A stretch of 64,000 nucleotides of DNA from Octopus sinensis (Eukaryota): positions 34,658,001 to 34,722,000 of the forward strand of contig NC_043008.1 in the NCBI RefSeq assembly GCF_006345805.1, read 5' to 3'. A model generated the notes under the pieces. It saw nothing but the letters and a program-made list of their open reading frames with translations, ran no database searches and was not told the DNA's origin. This document shows, piece by piece, positions 1-11,800 of the stretch. The stretch's first letter is position 1. The number at the start of each line of letters is the position of its first letter. A program made the translations under genes and the position numbers.

Positions 1-232
1 AGGTAGCAATCAGCCCATTTTGCTATCATTCCCAGGGCACCTATGACAACAGGTATTGTTTTAGTCTTCAGGTTCCACATTTTGCTAATTTCTATTTCAA
101 GATCTTTATATTTGCTCAGTTTTTGATAGGTCTTGACAGATACGTTTATATCGATTGGGACAGTCATATCAATGTGGAGGCATGATTTTTGTCTGAAGTT
201 TATTATCATTATTATTATTATTATTATTATTA

Positions 233-267
<35 letters not shown>

Positions 268-821
268 TAAAAAACATCATTATTATCAGTGAGGATGCAT
301 GGCCTAGTGGTTAGGGTGTTGCACTCACAAGTGAGAGATTGTGGTTTCAATTCCTAGACTGGGTGGTGCGTTGTGTTCTTGAGCAAGACACTTCATTCCA
401 CGTTGTTCTGTGATCACTTCAACACCTGATGCATCATACACAGTGCACCTGTTCAGATAATGTCAATTTGATGGAGAAAGTGAACTAATGTACTGCACAT
501 ACATTTGATTGCTATAAACAAATCATTTGTTGCAGGTCATTCGACAAAAGTCCATCATCATCATCAGTAGTAGTTGTAGTCGAAGAACTTGTAATGGATA
601 AGAATGGTGACATTCTTTGGGAAACTCTTGTCTTTTACAAGGCAAACTAACTGGTCTGTTTTGGAGGACTTTTGGTCCAGAGTCTACCATCAATAACTTC
701 CAGAAATCCTTGGTCTGGCAGTGCCATCAACAGGCACTACTGGTTCAAAATAAACTTTAAAGACATGGAACTACTGCCAAACGGAACTGTCTGAGATGCA
801 CACAGAGCAACAACAGCTGTA

Positions 822-1007
822 GTGGAGGCGCAATGCCCCAGTGGTTAGGGCAGTGGGCTCGCGGTCATAAGAGCGCAGTTTCAATTCCCAGACAGGGCAT
901 TGTGAGTGTTTTTATTGAGCAAAAACACCTAAGCTCCACGAGGTTCGGGGGTGAACCCCGCTGTACTCTTTCACCACAACTTTCTCTCACTCTTTCTTCC
1001 TACTTCT
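822..1007 (+). mobile_element. 5' half of the same tRNA-derived SINE family
   Basis: Matches the reverse complement of about 6465-6650. Confidence 0.8.
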
Positions 1008-1245
1008 GCCACAAAGCAGAGGAACCATGGTGTAACCCACTATGTTGTGGTAAACTTTCAGACCCTAGTCTAGATTGCGAATCCTCTGTACCCCAGGATG
1101 GTTCAGCTCTCCACCCGTTAAAAGACACCGTTATGGAAGGAAGATGACAATGTAGCTTTCGTGCCCATGCAACATCCAGTCTATCACGTGTGATGGGTGG
1201 ATCTTCAAGTTGCCAAACACATTCCTAGTAGCTTAGAGTAGGATA

Positions 1246-1335
1246 GAAGAAGAAGAAGAAGAAGAAGAAGAAGAAGAAGAAGAAGAAGAAGAAGAAGAAG
1301 AAGAAGAAGAAGAAGAAGAAGAAGAAGAAGAAGAA
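1246..1335 (+). repeat. (GAA)n microsatellite
   Basis: Pure GAA run. Confidence 0.95.
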
Positions 1336-1837
1336 AACAGCTGTACTAATCACACTCATACAAAAGCCTAAGCATTCCTAACTTATGGAGTTATGTCAAC
1401 GTCTGCTTTTGTTATGTACAAGATGAATCTGGCTATTGGCTGAGTTTATTGTGAGGATCATCTCACTTTTAACAACACAGGGCAGGTGACTATGTCAAAA
1501 ACAGTTGTGGGGAGGACCAGGCTAAAAGGATTGAGCACAGAAACCTTCCTCTTTGGTCAAACTCTGACATTTTTTAATTTTCACTTGGAAAGAAAGGTGT
1601 GGATGGAGAGAGATGTGTTCTTCCCCTGGGAATTTGTCAAAAGGTGGGTGACTTTAGTATAAATGGTCAGGGTGAAAGTAACAATTCAAAGAGAAATGAA
1701 CAGTTGTACGAGAGCCTGTGCCTTTGGTGGTCAGGGTGGCCCTGAATCTTTGGAATTTCTTGATTGGCCCTAGTTAGAAGCTCTCCTGTATCAGAAGGAT
1801 TGCATTGTCCATATGTTTGCATATTTTGTATTTTATG

Positions 1838-2234
1838 TGTAACGACGCCTGGTTTCAGACGCCATTTTGGGATTTTCATCCACGCATGCGCAGGGATTAG
1901 TCTTCCGGAAGCCCCTTATGCGCATGTGCAGTCATTAGCAGCAACTAGGCTTAACTGCTATTCTCCCTCTTTGCTCCTGGCTGCCGACCGAGCTAGACAC
2001 AACCAGACCAGCTCTGTGTGAAGGCGATTCATGACTTAGGCGAATCTGTGAAGAATGCTTTCACAATTGTGATTAAACCGACTCTGTTGCTTCCACTCCA
2101 CCCCCTGGCGTCCAGGCTACCGATGTCCAGAGATGAAATGCTTATTTCGGCGAAATAAATTATTATTGTTATTTGTTCGGAGATTCTTGCTCCCTCTATG
2201 AGGCACCCTTCCAGTGCCAACCTCACTTCCAACA
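1838..2234 (+). mobile_element. Candidate solo LTR (397 bp)
   Basis: tatg|TGTAAC...CCAACA|tatg (4-bp TSD, TG..CA ends), AATAAA at 2154-2159, and CpG-rich. Confidence 0.5.
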
Positions 2235-2377
2235 TATGTATACTTCTTATTGCATCTTTTCCCCTTCCATGTTTCTTTCTCTCCAATAAATTGTAAACTT
2301 TCATTAAAACATACCCTCACTAGATACCCCTCTTGCTAATAAAAGAAACCATCATCACCATCATCATTATTATGATT

Positions 2378-2870
2378 AGGTGAGCAGGCAAAATTGTTAG
2401 CACAGTGGACAAAATGCTATCCTTTTGTCCTTTACGTTCTGAGTTCCAATACCACTGAAGTCAACTTTGTTTTCATCCTTTCGGATCAATAAGATGAAGT
2501 ACAAGTCAAGTGCAGAGGCTAATGTAATCGACTAACACCTCCCCCAAAATAACTAGCCTGGTGCCAAAATTTAATACCATTTTTATTTGGCGGATAGCTA
2601 GCAGAATCATTATTTCACCGGACAAAATACTGAGCAGCCTTTTGTCGTTTTTTACATTCTCGGTTCAGATTCTGCAGCGGTCGGTCTTCGGAATCGATGA
2701 AATAAGTACCAGTTGAACACTGGGATCGATATAATCGACTAACACCCTCCCTTAAGGTTTCAGGCTGTGTGCCTACAGTAGAGAAGGTTATTTGGCGGCG
2801 AGCTGGCAGAATCGTTAGTGTTCAAATGCCGCCGAGGTCAACTTTATCTTTCATTCCTCCAGGAACACAC
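2378..2870 (+). mobile_element. Cluster of SINE family B copies (gagctggcagaatcgttagc...ctttcatcctttcggggtcgataaaataagtaccag...ccttgtgccaaaatttgaaacc)
   Basis: Two near-complete copies and one partial copy in tandem. The same family occurs at about 23251-23473, 28420-28552, 48955-49590 and 58231-59548. Confidence 0.75.
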
Positions 2871-2943
2871 AAGACGACTTGTCAAAAATATGAAAAGATA
2901 TCAATCAACGACAACGCTTTATATATATATATATATATATATA

Positions 2944-3330
2944 GGCGTAGGAGTGGCTCTGTGGTAAGCAGCTTGCTTACCAACCACATAGTTCCGGGTC
3001 CAGTCCCACTGCATGGCACCTTGGGCAAGTGTCTTCTACTATAGCCTCGGGTTGACCAAAGCCTTGTGAGTGGATTTGGTAGACGGAAACTGAAAGAAGC
3101 CCGTCGTATATATGTATGTATGTGTGTGTATGTGTGTTTGTACCCCCCCCCCAACATCGCCTGACAACCGATGATGTTGTGTTTACGTCCCCGTAACTTA
3201 GCGGTTCGGCAAAAGGAGACCGATAGAATAAGTACTAGGCTTACAAAGAATAAGTCTTGGGGTCGATTTGCTCGACTAAAGGCGGTGCTCCAGCATGGCC
3301 ACAGTCACATGACTGAAACAAGTAAAAGAG
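2944..3330 (+). mobile_element. SINE family A (ggcgcaggagtggctgtgtggtaag...gactgaaacaagtaaaagag) with internal microsatellite
   Basis: Recurs at 13412-13750(+), about 16405-16560(+), 23502-23819(-), about 33640-33975(+), about 35085-35770(+), about 38835-38960(+), about 44340-44670(+), about 61520-61680(+) and 62301-62696(+). Confidence 0.85.
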
Positions 3331-4411
3331 AAAAGATATATATATATATATATATATATATCTTCTATCAATAGCAGTCGGGATAGCCTTGCAGTATTAT
3401 CATTTATCCAGGGAGGCAACTCTTAGATCGTATCACAAATGATTGTTAATTTTCTTGTTTCTAAAAATAAATTTCTCTCCCGTTATCAATAAAAAGAAAA
3501 TTTACGATCCAGACAGGGAATTACCATGTGGTTGCTCGATCTCGCAGAAATAGCAGCAAAATTACCCTTAAAGCACACTAAATCTTTAAAGGAATGACTC
3601 GTTGGATATAATGCAATCCTAGATACATTGTTAGAATACTTAATCAAGGTTGATCTAGTGATGAAAAACACAAAGAAAACATTATTTTTGTTGCATTTTA
3701 ATCTACGTTATGTTATTATTAGCTTGCAATTAAAGACATTTCTGTACAAATTAGATTATTTTTAGTGAATCCATTGTCATTCATCCTCATAACTTCAATT
3801 ATTCAGTCTAGTATTGTTAAAAAGAATTTAGATAAAAAGTATATTCTGGTTATATTATTTTCATCCAATCATATGATTTCTAGTATACATGCTTTTATTA
3901 ATTGCTCATATTCCGTGAGTGATGTGACGTTTAAAAACTAACCGATAACACAGTCGCCTGGCAAACGCTAGAAACGTGGTTCGAGTCCCATCAGTGGCCC
4001 TAATTTTCTTTTCTGTGTCAAATTGTTGCGTATAATGTTTGACATCGTTGACACTAACATCTTTGTGTGATCTTTGAATGTAACGTCCAATTTTCATTTG
4101 TTATGTTGTAGAATATATCAATCTGATTCGTGGACCCGGAAGAAATAAGAAATTTCTTCCGGGACCCCTAACTTTTCATCCGGGGGCATAGTTGAAAAAC
4201 AAGCTGACTCCGGACCGCAACAAGCTTGTTTTTTAATGGAGATATGTTTAGATGCATTTAAGAATTAAATGCATTAAAAGTGCTTGTATACTCCCTCAGT
4301 TAAACGTCGAACCAAATGATACTTTCGTTCTCCTCTGAAAATTTGTGAGGTAACCTCCAAACTCACAATATTGTTGCGATTAATCGTGAAATAGTCGAGC
4401 ACCCTCATGGA

Positions 4412-4802
4412 CAGGACCGGAATTAGACGTAGTGGGGTCCCTGGGTCAATAGATCGCTCCTACAATTTTGTTAATTCAAACAAAGTAATAAAATGGGACC
4501 AAATCTGTTTGAAGAGACCCCAAACTTGAAAGAGCCTCTGTAAATTTGGAGGGGCTCAGTTAAATTTAATAGTTTTTTTTTTAATCTAAAAGAACTCAAT
4601 TATTCAAAAATGGGCTCAGTAATTTTAAAAGAACTTTAATGGATTAAAAATGCATGTATAGATACCCTTACAAAAAATGTTAAGATGTCTATGATTGCTG
4701 TAAATATATCTTTCGATTTTTAATTTCAAGTTTTAGGCTCTTGTGAGTTAAATGGGTATCTGATCCAGGGTCCTTATTGGCCGATAAATAAATCCAGCCT
4801 TG
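4412..4802. mobile_element. Possible old hAT-type MITE
   Basis: Imperfect TIRs caggaccggaatta / taaatccagccttg. The flanking 8-mers ctcatgga and gtcacgaa match at 5 of 8 positions. Confidence 0.35.
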
Positions 4803-6262
4803 GTCACGAACATCATTTCGGAGGTGTTTTGGGGTGATTAGACGCTAACAATGTCAGAAACAACCATGCCGTAGACCCAGCTCTTCCAGTTTTAAATGTC
4901 ACAGATTGAATAATGTAATTCACTGATAAATTACACTATTCCAGTATCTTATTTCGTTCTTTCACAGACGCAGTGAAGACAACAAACCTCACCACCGTAG
5001 TATTAAGGAGGTGCGATGGAGTAGCATCCCTTTTGAAACTATTGTTTCTTTAAACCCAATGGCAAAGATTGAGCTCATCGGGTCTCTTCTCTTCGTCCTT
5101 GGAGAATTCCATTGGTTCTAATTGTTTTTTGCGCTGTTGCCGATTTTTGTTTTACTTAAGAGAAGAGGATATTTTCTATGAGATGTGTGATCATTTAGAA
5201 TGAGTTATTGCTGTTGTTCATTACTGTGTTATTGTCGTTCCAGATAGGAAGATGTGGCTATAAAAAGATTTTGGCTACGATTTCATCGTGAAAAAGTAAA
5301 ATACAAATTATTCAATTAATCGATAATATCAGTGATAATAATCCTACAGCAACAATAATTTTAAGCAAATGAATATGGATGCAATGCTCCGCCATCGTAA
5401 TCAAAGTAATTTTATATCATGGAAGAGAATATTTATGAAATTAACAACTACCATGCTTGTTGCTCACGAATAGTAATCTTAATTTTTCAGATGTTTGCTA
5501 CCGCTATGTTCATATGTGTTAATGAGCCATTTCTACACAAATTCTTTTGAGAAACTTTTGGAAAGTTCTCCAGATACGCTCGTTCAATCGCTTATTAATC
5601 TTCGGCACTCAAACAAACTGACAAAGTAAACGCATGTCGTTATTATCAGAGATCATCCATCTTCGTAGTTTGAAAACATGGAGTCGCCACAATTTCAAGT
5701 AATAGAATAGTTCAATGAATTTAAGTGTTGCAAGAAATGAAGAGTCTTTTGCCTGAGAATCAGAGTTCTTTGGCTTCTGGATTTTATCTATACGTAAATG
5801 TATATGGTATGTAGTCTCTTATGAATTGGTGGAACCGATAGGGCATTTTTTTTCCTTCTGCAATATTTAGTTACTGACCTTTATGTTTTCAGTTCGAAAT
5901 CTACTTTTGTACCAAATTGTTGTGTATAATACCTTAACACTTCAGGGCGATTTTTGATTATAACGTGTCGTTTTTATTTGTCATAATGTAGCAAATATCA
6001 ATTCGGTTCGTGCCGCCGGAAGAATTTTTTTTTAATTTCTTCTGGGGGTACCATTGAAGGGCAGACCGATCCTGGGTGTGGCCAGCTTGTTTGTCAATGA
6101 ATATATGGGTATATTTTTGGATGCAATTAAAATGCAGCTTTCACTTCAAATTCTGGGAATAAGGAAGAGAGTCAAAGAAGACTTTCTTCATAAACATTTG
6201 TACGTTAATTTCTAAATTCAAAGTTCGAGTACAAGATGAAATAATTATCGTAGAAGTTAAAT

Positions 6263-6650
6263 GGAATGGAAGCACTCCGTCGGTTACGAGGACGAGGGTT
6301 CCGGTTGATCCGATCAATGGAACAGCCTGCTCGTGAAATTAACGTGTAAGTGGCTGAGCACTCCACAGACACGTGTACCCTTAACGTAGTTCTCGGTGAT
6401 ATTCAGCGTGACACAGAGAGTGACAAGGCCGGCCCTTTGAAATACAGGTACAACAGAAACAGGAAGTAAGAGTGAGAGAAAGTTGTGGTGAAAGAGTACA
6501 GCAGGGATCACCACCATCCCTGCCGGAGCCTCGTGGAGCTTTTAGGTGTTTTCGCTCAATAAACACTCACAACGCCCAGTCTGGGAATCGAAACCGCGAT
6601 CCTACGACCGCGAGTCCGCTGCCCTAACCACTGGGCCATTGCGCCTCCAC
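6263..6650 (-). mobile_element. Full-length tRNA(Arg)-derived SINE (octopus OR-like family) with 11-bp TSD
   Basis: Minus-strand head GTGGAGGCGCAATGGCCCAGTGGTTAGGGCAGCGGACTCGCGGTCGTAGGATCGCGGTTTCGATTCCC has A- and B-box-like motifs. TSD agaagttaaat at 6252-6262 and 6651-6661. The family name is from memory. Confidence 0.85.
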
Positions 6651-6830
6651 AGAAGTTAAATACGAGCATTTCTAGATCCACTGTATCCACCTATCACTTA
6701 ACTATACAATATGGAATTGATTAAAACATTAAAAAAAAAGAAAAAAATTCGTTGCCTTAGGTCCTAACGGTGGCGTGTTCGATCCTTCAACGAGCTCTAA
6801 ACCGTGTCTTTTGAGGAAGTGCTCCAGTAT

Positions 6831-6990
6831 CTATCCGCTCAGTCGAAGTCGACTCTCGGTTATTCGATGGATCAGTGTCCTCCAGCCAGTTCTATCTTGG
6901 GTCACTTCTTTCAGATTGGCTATGGCCATTCCCGTGTCACTCTTGATGGTGTCAAGCCAGCAGGTTCTTGGTCGGCCTCTTCTTCTCCAG
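6831..6990 (-). mobile_element. 3' terminus of an RTE-clade (BovB-like) LINE ORF
   Basis: RRRGRPRTCWLDTIKSDTGMAIANLKEVTQDRTGWRTLIHRITESRLRLSG* parallels the recalled BovB/RTE C-terminus RRRGRQRMRWLDGIT...DREAWRAAVHGVAKSRTRLSD*. Confidence 0.8.
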
Positions 6991-7129
6991 TATAGCCGCA
7001 GTAAACTGGCTAGAACCAGTAAAAGAAACAAGCAGATATATATATAGACAGAGGAAACCTTCTCAATTAATATATTTATACAACTGCTCCGAAAACAAAA
7101 CAAAGAGAACTATATGGAATGTTTAAAGA

Positions 7130-7455
7130 CAAAAGAGAGAAAAGAATATTACTAGTTTATGAGGTAAATACTAAATTAACCACGACAACATATTTCTGGA
7201 GAAAAGTTCCGAGTTGTTTAAATAACTGCTTTTGACCAAGCAATATTTAAGTATATAAATATTTAACAATAAGCCAAAGTAAAATATTTGGGCTTATTGT
7301 TATATATTTATATACTTAAATGGTGTGTTTGGTCAAAAGCAGTTATTTAAACAACTCGGAACTTTTCTCCAGAAATATGTTGTCCTGGTTAATTTAGTAT
7401 TTAAGGTTCGTAATTCTTTACCTCATAAACTAATAATATTCTTTTCTCTCTTTTG
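7130..7455. repeat. Long inverted repeat (foldback) upstream of DDHD1
   Basis: Arms of about 150 and 165 bp with a short loop. They include a 56-bp perfect block and differ by one indel of about 16 nt plus a few mismatches. Confidence 0.9.
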
Positions 7456-7599
7456 TATTAAATTTATTTTGAGCCCTAAAAGCCAAATATATTTAAATTA
7501 CAAGCTAAAATTATTCTGATCCCGAAATATCAAATATATTTAATTTTCAAGTTAAATTATCTTAAAACCGAAATTGCTAAGTCCCTTCAATTAACGTTA

Positions 7600-8183
7600 G
7601 CAGACAGCAGTGATCACGTGGGGCTATCTTTTGTCCTATCAGCTTTACCTCCCCTTGCTTTTGTTTCTTCCTTTTGCGTTCTGTCACCTCAAGTAATTTT
7701 TCGCCTCCTTTTTATTGTCTCTTGTCATTTTTCTCTACATTTTCTTCTTTCTTTGCTCAGCTTTATGCAAATGGCTTATTAATCTGTATACTTGCACCTC
7801 CACCTCGTATACATACTCCTCCTCTTTCACATTAATCCCCTGACTTCTGTAAAGACGAGAGGATTCGTTAAATGGAAACTAAAACTTGATATTTTCGCTG
7901 GTGTGTGTTTTTGCGGCCTCCTTCGGTGCTGGCTGTAGATACGGACGGTTTTTGACACGCCATGCAAACAATATCTCTGCGCATGTCGTTGTAAAAGACG
8001 CACTTTTGTTTTTATATTTCACATGGGCTGCTGAGGGCTGATGGCCTGTGCTAACGGCCACATATTCCGTTCTTCTGCTCACAATGCTCTAGGTGCTACT
8101 GCCGCTACTATTACCACTTGCACACTCAATGCTGTGCATTATTTAGTAGTTTCGCTCAGCTGACTCATTATTACTACCCCTGT
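7600..8183 (+). promoter_or_regulatory. Probable DDHD1 promoter and 5' UTR region (CpG-retaining)
   Basis: Lies directly upstream of the ATG and is visibly richer in CG than the introns. E-box CACGTG at 7615-7620 and an NRF1-like tgcgcatg near 7979. TSS cannot be placed. Confidence 0.45.
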
Positions 8184-8811
8184 ATGAATCCTATTACGTC
8201 CATCATCTCTTATTTTGCCACAGAAAGCGACAAAAACAGCGATGAAGTTGGAAGCGGCGATAAAACAGAAAACGAAGACGAAGATGAAGACGAAGAACGA
8301 GAAATTGCGAATAGTAGTATTCGCGAACCAACGGCACAGGTGACAGAAGACGAACACTACATGGCTGTAGTTGACTACGAGAAAGGTATTGACGATAACA
8401 ACGATGAAGATGAAATCGAAGACGATGACGACGATCCTAAAAATACACTTTTCCCTCCTGTTCAACTTTCCGATCCTAACTGCTCGTCGTTGACAAGTGG
8501 GGTTTCTCACTGGACTCCAGTTCGGAAGCAGCCAAGACCACCACCCGCTCATCTCAAGAAATACCTCTACCCAGTCTCAGAAATCATCGAAGAACTTCAC
8601 CCAGAGGAAGTGAGATGGATGTACCGGCATGCTGGAAAGAAAAAATGGACTCCATTTATCGGATACGATTCTCTTAGGATCGAGTTCAGGTACAGAGAAC
8701 TGAGTGTATCATCTTTAAGCGAAGATAAACTAAAAGATATGATTGTCGTACGTGGAGGACTTTACGAAGTCGATGTCGTCGCCCGGAAATGTTACCCGTT
8801 GTTTTGGACTG
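8184..8811 (+). CDS. DDHD1: DDHD1 coding exon 1 (acidic N-terminus, then [13 protein letters not shown] and [10 protein letters not shown])
   Basis: ATG at 8184 is the first ATG of the ORF (the track's 8118 start is TTG). Donor is tggactg|GTAAAT, phase 1. Confidence 0.9.
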
Positions 8812-11800
8812 GTAAATATAAATTTATTTATTTGATAAAACGTGTCGATACCCGAATGTACCCAAAGAATTTTCTCGACTTTACCTTCGAAATTCAAATC
8901 CCTCTTCGGTGAACTTTAACTTTCATCCTTCCAGGAGTCGATAAAACGAAGTATTAGTCATGTATTAGAGTCTATTTTATATTCTGTAATGTATCGTAGT
9001 TGTGAATGGAATTAAAATAAATGACTAGGACTAATTGACCTGCCTACCCTACATGTACTCTGTTCACTCGTTATTATCAATACCTACGCTCTTAGTTTAT
9101 TCGACATGAAATTAATTTTGAAGGAATTAATTATCAACATTTTTTCTTTCAAAGAAAGTAAATTCTAGTAAACAAATAAGTAAATTTTATTAAACCTTGC
9201 AAATGCTGTGGGAAGATAGGGTAGACAAAAGGAACAAATAAAGTATCTAGCATTAGCGACAAATGAGTAATTGCTAACTAGTTGCGAGAGAAACTCTATT
9301 CTGTGATCTCTTGGACCAAAAGGTGACAAGAAAACCTCTACGACATGGTCATTCGACCCAAAGAAGAAGCTTCTATGAATTGGTGAATTGAGTCAATGTG
9401 GGTAGGATTAGGTCACCGAAGCTAACGAGACGGGTAGTATGACATGGACTCTCGAGCCAATGAAAGAGCCTAACTTGACCTCAAAACAACGAGGAAACAG
9501 CCTCTATGCTGTGGTCACTCAAGACAACAAAGGAGTTTCTATGTGGTCTCTTGAGCGGCTAGAAATAGCAGTCCAATCTTACTTAAATATTGCCTTACTA
9601 CATTAATAAGATTAGACTGTCATAATTGGAATGCTTCTTATCGTAGGTCTGTTCAGTCAGGGTTGACTTGTGCCGAACAACAACAATCTAATTCTATGTG
9701 ATTTGATAATTCTACATCAAATGTGTTTACAGTAATTCTACTCTTAAGACGTGCTGGTGGTTGCAGTGTTTGTTTCAAACCAACTAATTGTATCTGCCCA
9801 TGGACACGCAGGAAAATGTTATTACTCCAACTTATTGTCTACTACTTGTAGACTATATTTATATGCAAAAGTTTTTTTTTGATCCTCACTCTCAAGACTC
9901 AGGCATACTTTTTTTATATAATAGAAAGAAGGCTACAAATTTGTAGGGAAGAATATAGTCAAATATATTGACTTCAGTATTTTATCGACATGGGAAGTAT
10001 GATTTGAATTCAGAATGTAAGGTGATTCAACTCTGCAAGGTCTGACACTTTACCAATTCTTCTGTATTCGAAGAATTGTAGTTAAAGTGATGGGTATTCT
10101 TCTAGATACGAAGAGTGAGATCACATCTGAACACTTTCCTCTGTTGTTATCCTTGTTCCTACCTATATATGTTTGACAGTTCTGCAGTTCTTTTTCATTG
10201 TGCCAATGAAGCAAATTTCTGATCCTCTGTTTACTGTGAAATCTATTTATTTTACCTTGTTCAGAATTTCATGCAGAAAACACAGTACAGCTCATTTGTT
10301 ATTGTGCTCCCCTGCTTGCTTGTTGTTTTATGCCATATAGCAAGGCTGCTGGACTCCTAATTCACTGTGGTTCAAATTTCTTAGGCTATAAGACTGTTTT
10401 CAGCTACAGTCATTTAGCTTACATCTCTTGTGATACAGGAGCTATATTAATATACAATAGCTGATGACACTACACAGTATTCACTTAAAATGCCATGGCA
10501 TTAGGATTTAACAAGGTATGATTTGGCCACTTCTATTAAAATAAAAGTGATGAAGTCATGTCTTGTGTTTTGCTAATTTCACTAACCTAATTTATACATG
10601 TAGAATATAACCCTCAATTATTCCCCTTACAATTTCCATGGCAACCATCTAGATACTTTCAAATGTGGTTATCCAAACACACCTTGACATGGAGTCCATT
10701 TCTCTTAATTTCTATATTCTTTCCCTTAAGTGTCAAGTTTGACTAAACCCTTCTGGGCAGAGTCCCAGCATGGCCACAGTACAATGACTGAAAGAAGTAG
10801 AAGAGAAGATGAGAGAGTTCATAAAAGAATCGCACATGTTCAATTGCCATGCAGAATGAAGAATCTGACATTCGGTCTTTTGCTCTGCTTTTACTCTTCA
10901 TGGCAACTGAACTTATTGAACTCTTCTACTGATTGACTTTTACTGATGCTGTTGGACAATTCAAGCTATCATGATAGCTTTTCTGTACAGAAATAGAGAA
11001 CTGTTAAGCAGTCATTACTTCTACACCTGAAGACTCTCTTGGATGGGATGCCAGCCCATTCTAAGGTTTACCTTAGCTGTTGCTAATGATACTCACTTTC
11101 AGTGGAGTGGATTGAAGTTATGTGAATTGAAAGACGCAATGTACCACCAAGGCTGGGGAATTGAACCCACAACTTTATGATTATCAACACAACATCCTGA
11201 CTACTAAGCTTGTGTTTTTCCAGCTGTAATTTATATAGGTTATTTATATTATATAAGAATGAGTAATGTTTTATAAAAATTGTTTATTCCAACTGCAACC
11301 AATTTTATTCCATCACCTTTATAGAACTCAAGAACAGCAATTTTCTTTTTGTAGGTGATACCGCTGATGTACTTCGAGGAATCTGGTTCTATGACGATAC
11401 TTGGCAACCTCTGGAAGAAGAAACTTCCATTCGTATAGAGACAGATCATTTGGGAAAGTTTTTGGGAATGAAGTATCCATGTGATTTTTCTGAGACAGTA
11501 AACTTAAAGGTTGCCAGACAAGGTTAGCTTAATGGTATTTTGCTTTGTTTTTATCTTGTATTGCTGTTGTTGACAATTTGTAGCATGTTGGACTAAATGC
11601 TTAGTGGCATTTCTTTTGGTTCTTTGTGTTTTGAGGTCAACTTTGCTTTTTATCCTCTCAAGGTCAATAAAATAAGTATCAGTTGAGTACTGGGGTCAGT
11701 ATAATGTGAAGGCGCATAGCTCAGTGGTTAGAGCGTCGAGTTTACAATCATGAGCTTGTGAGTTCGAATCCCAGACCGGGCTGCGTGTTGTGTTCTTGAG

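Noticed and set aside
2029-2320. Short minus-strand ORFs overlapping the LTR-like segment
   Set aside because: They show no recognisable motifs and have lengths expected by chance in GC-richer sequence.
4950-5630. Three acceptor-like pyrimidine-AG sites suggesting an upstream spliced gene
   Set aside because: The following frames close within about 15-50 codons, show no recognisable homology and have weak donors. A lncRNA cannot be excluded without RNA data.
8118-8183. N-terminal extension in the ORF track (MHTQCC...)
   Set aside because: It begins at TTG, not ATG. The first ATG is at 8184.
8139-8552. 137-aa antisense ORF
   Set aside because: It is the shadow of the GAN-rich acidic coding strand and gives a hydrophobic low-complexity product.
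8812-8912. Read-through of the exon 1 ORF to a stop at 8912
   Set aside because: Homology stops at a good GT donor (8812) and resumes in exon 2, so this is intron sequence.
11706-11790. Apparent tRNA genes (also 822-900, 6570-6650 and about 3940-4000)
   Set aside because: They have A and B boxes but no closed acceptor stem. The first three continue into SINE bodies, and the 3940-4000 one is too degenerate to call.
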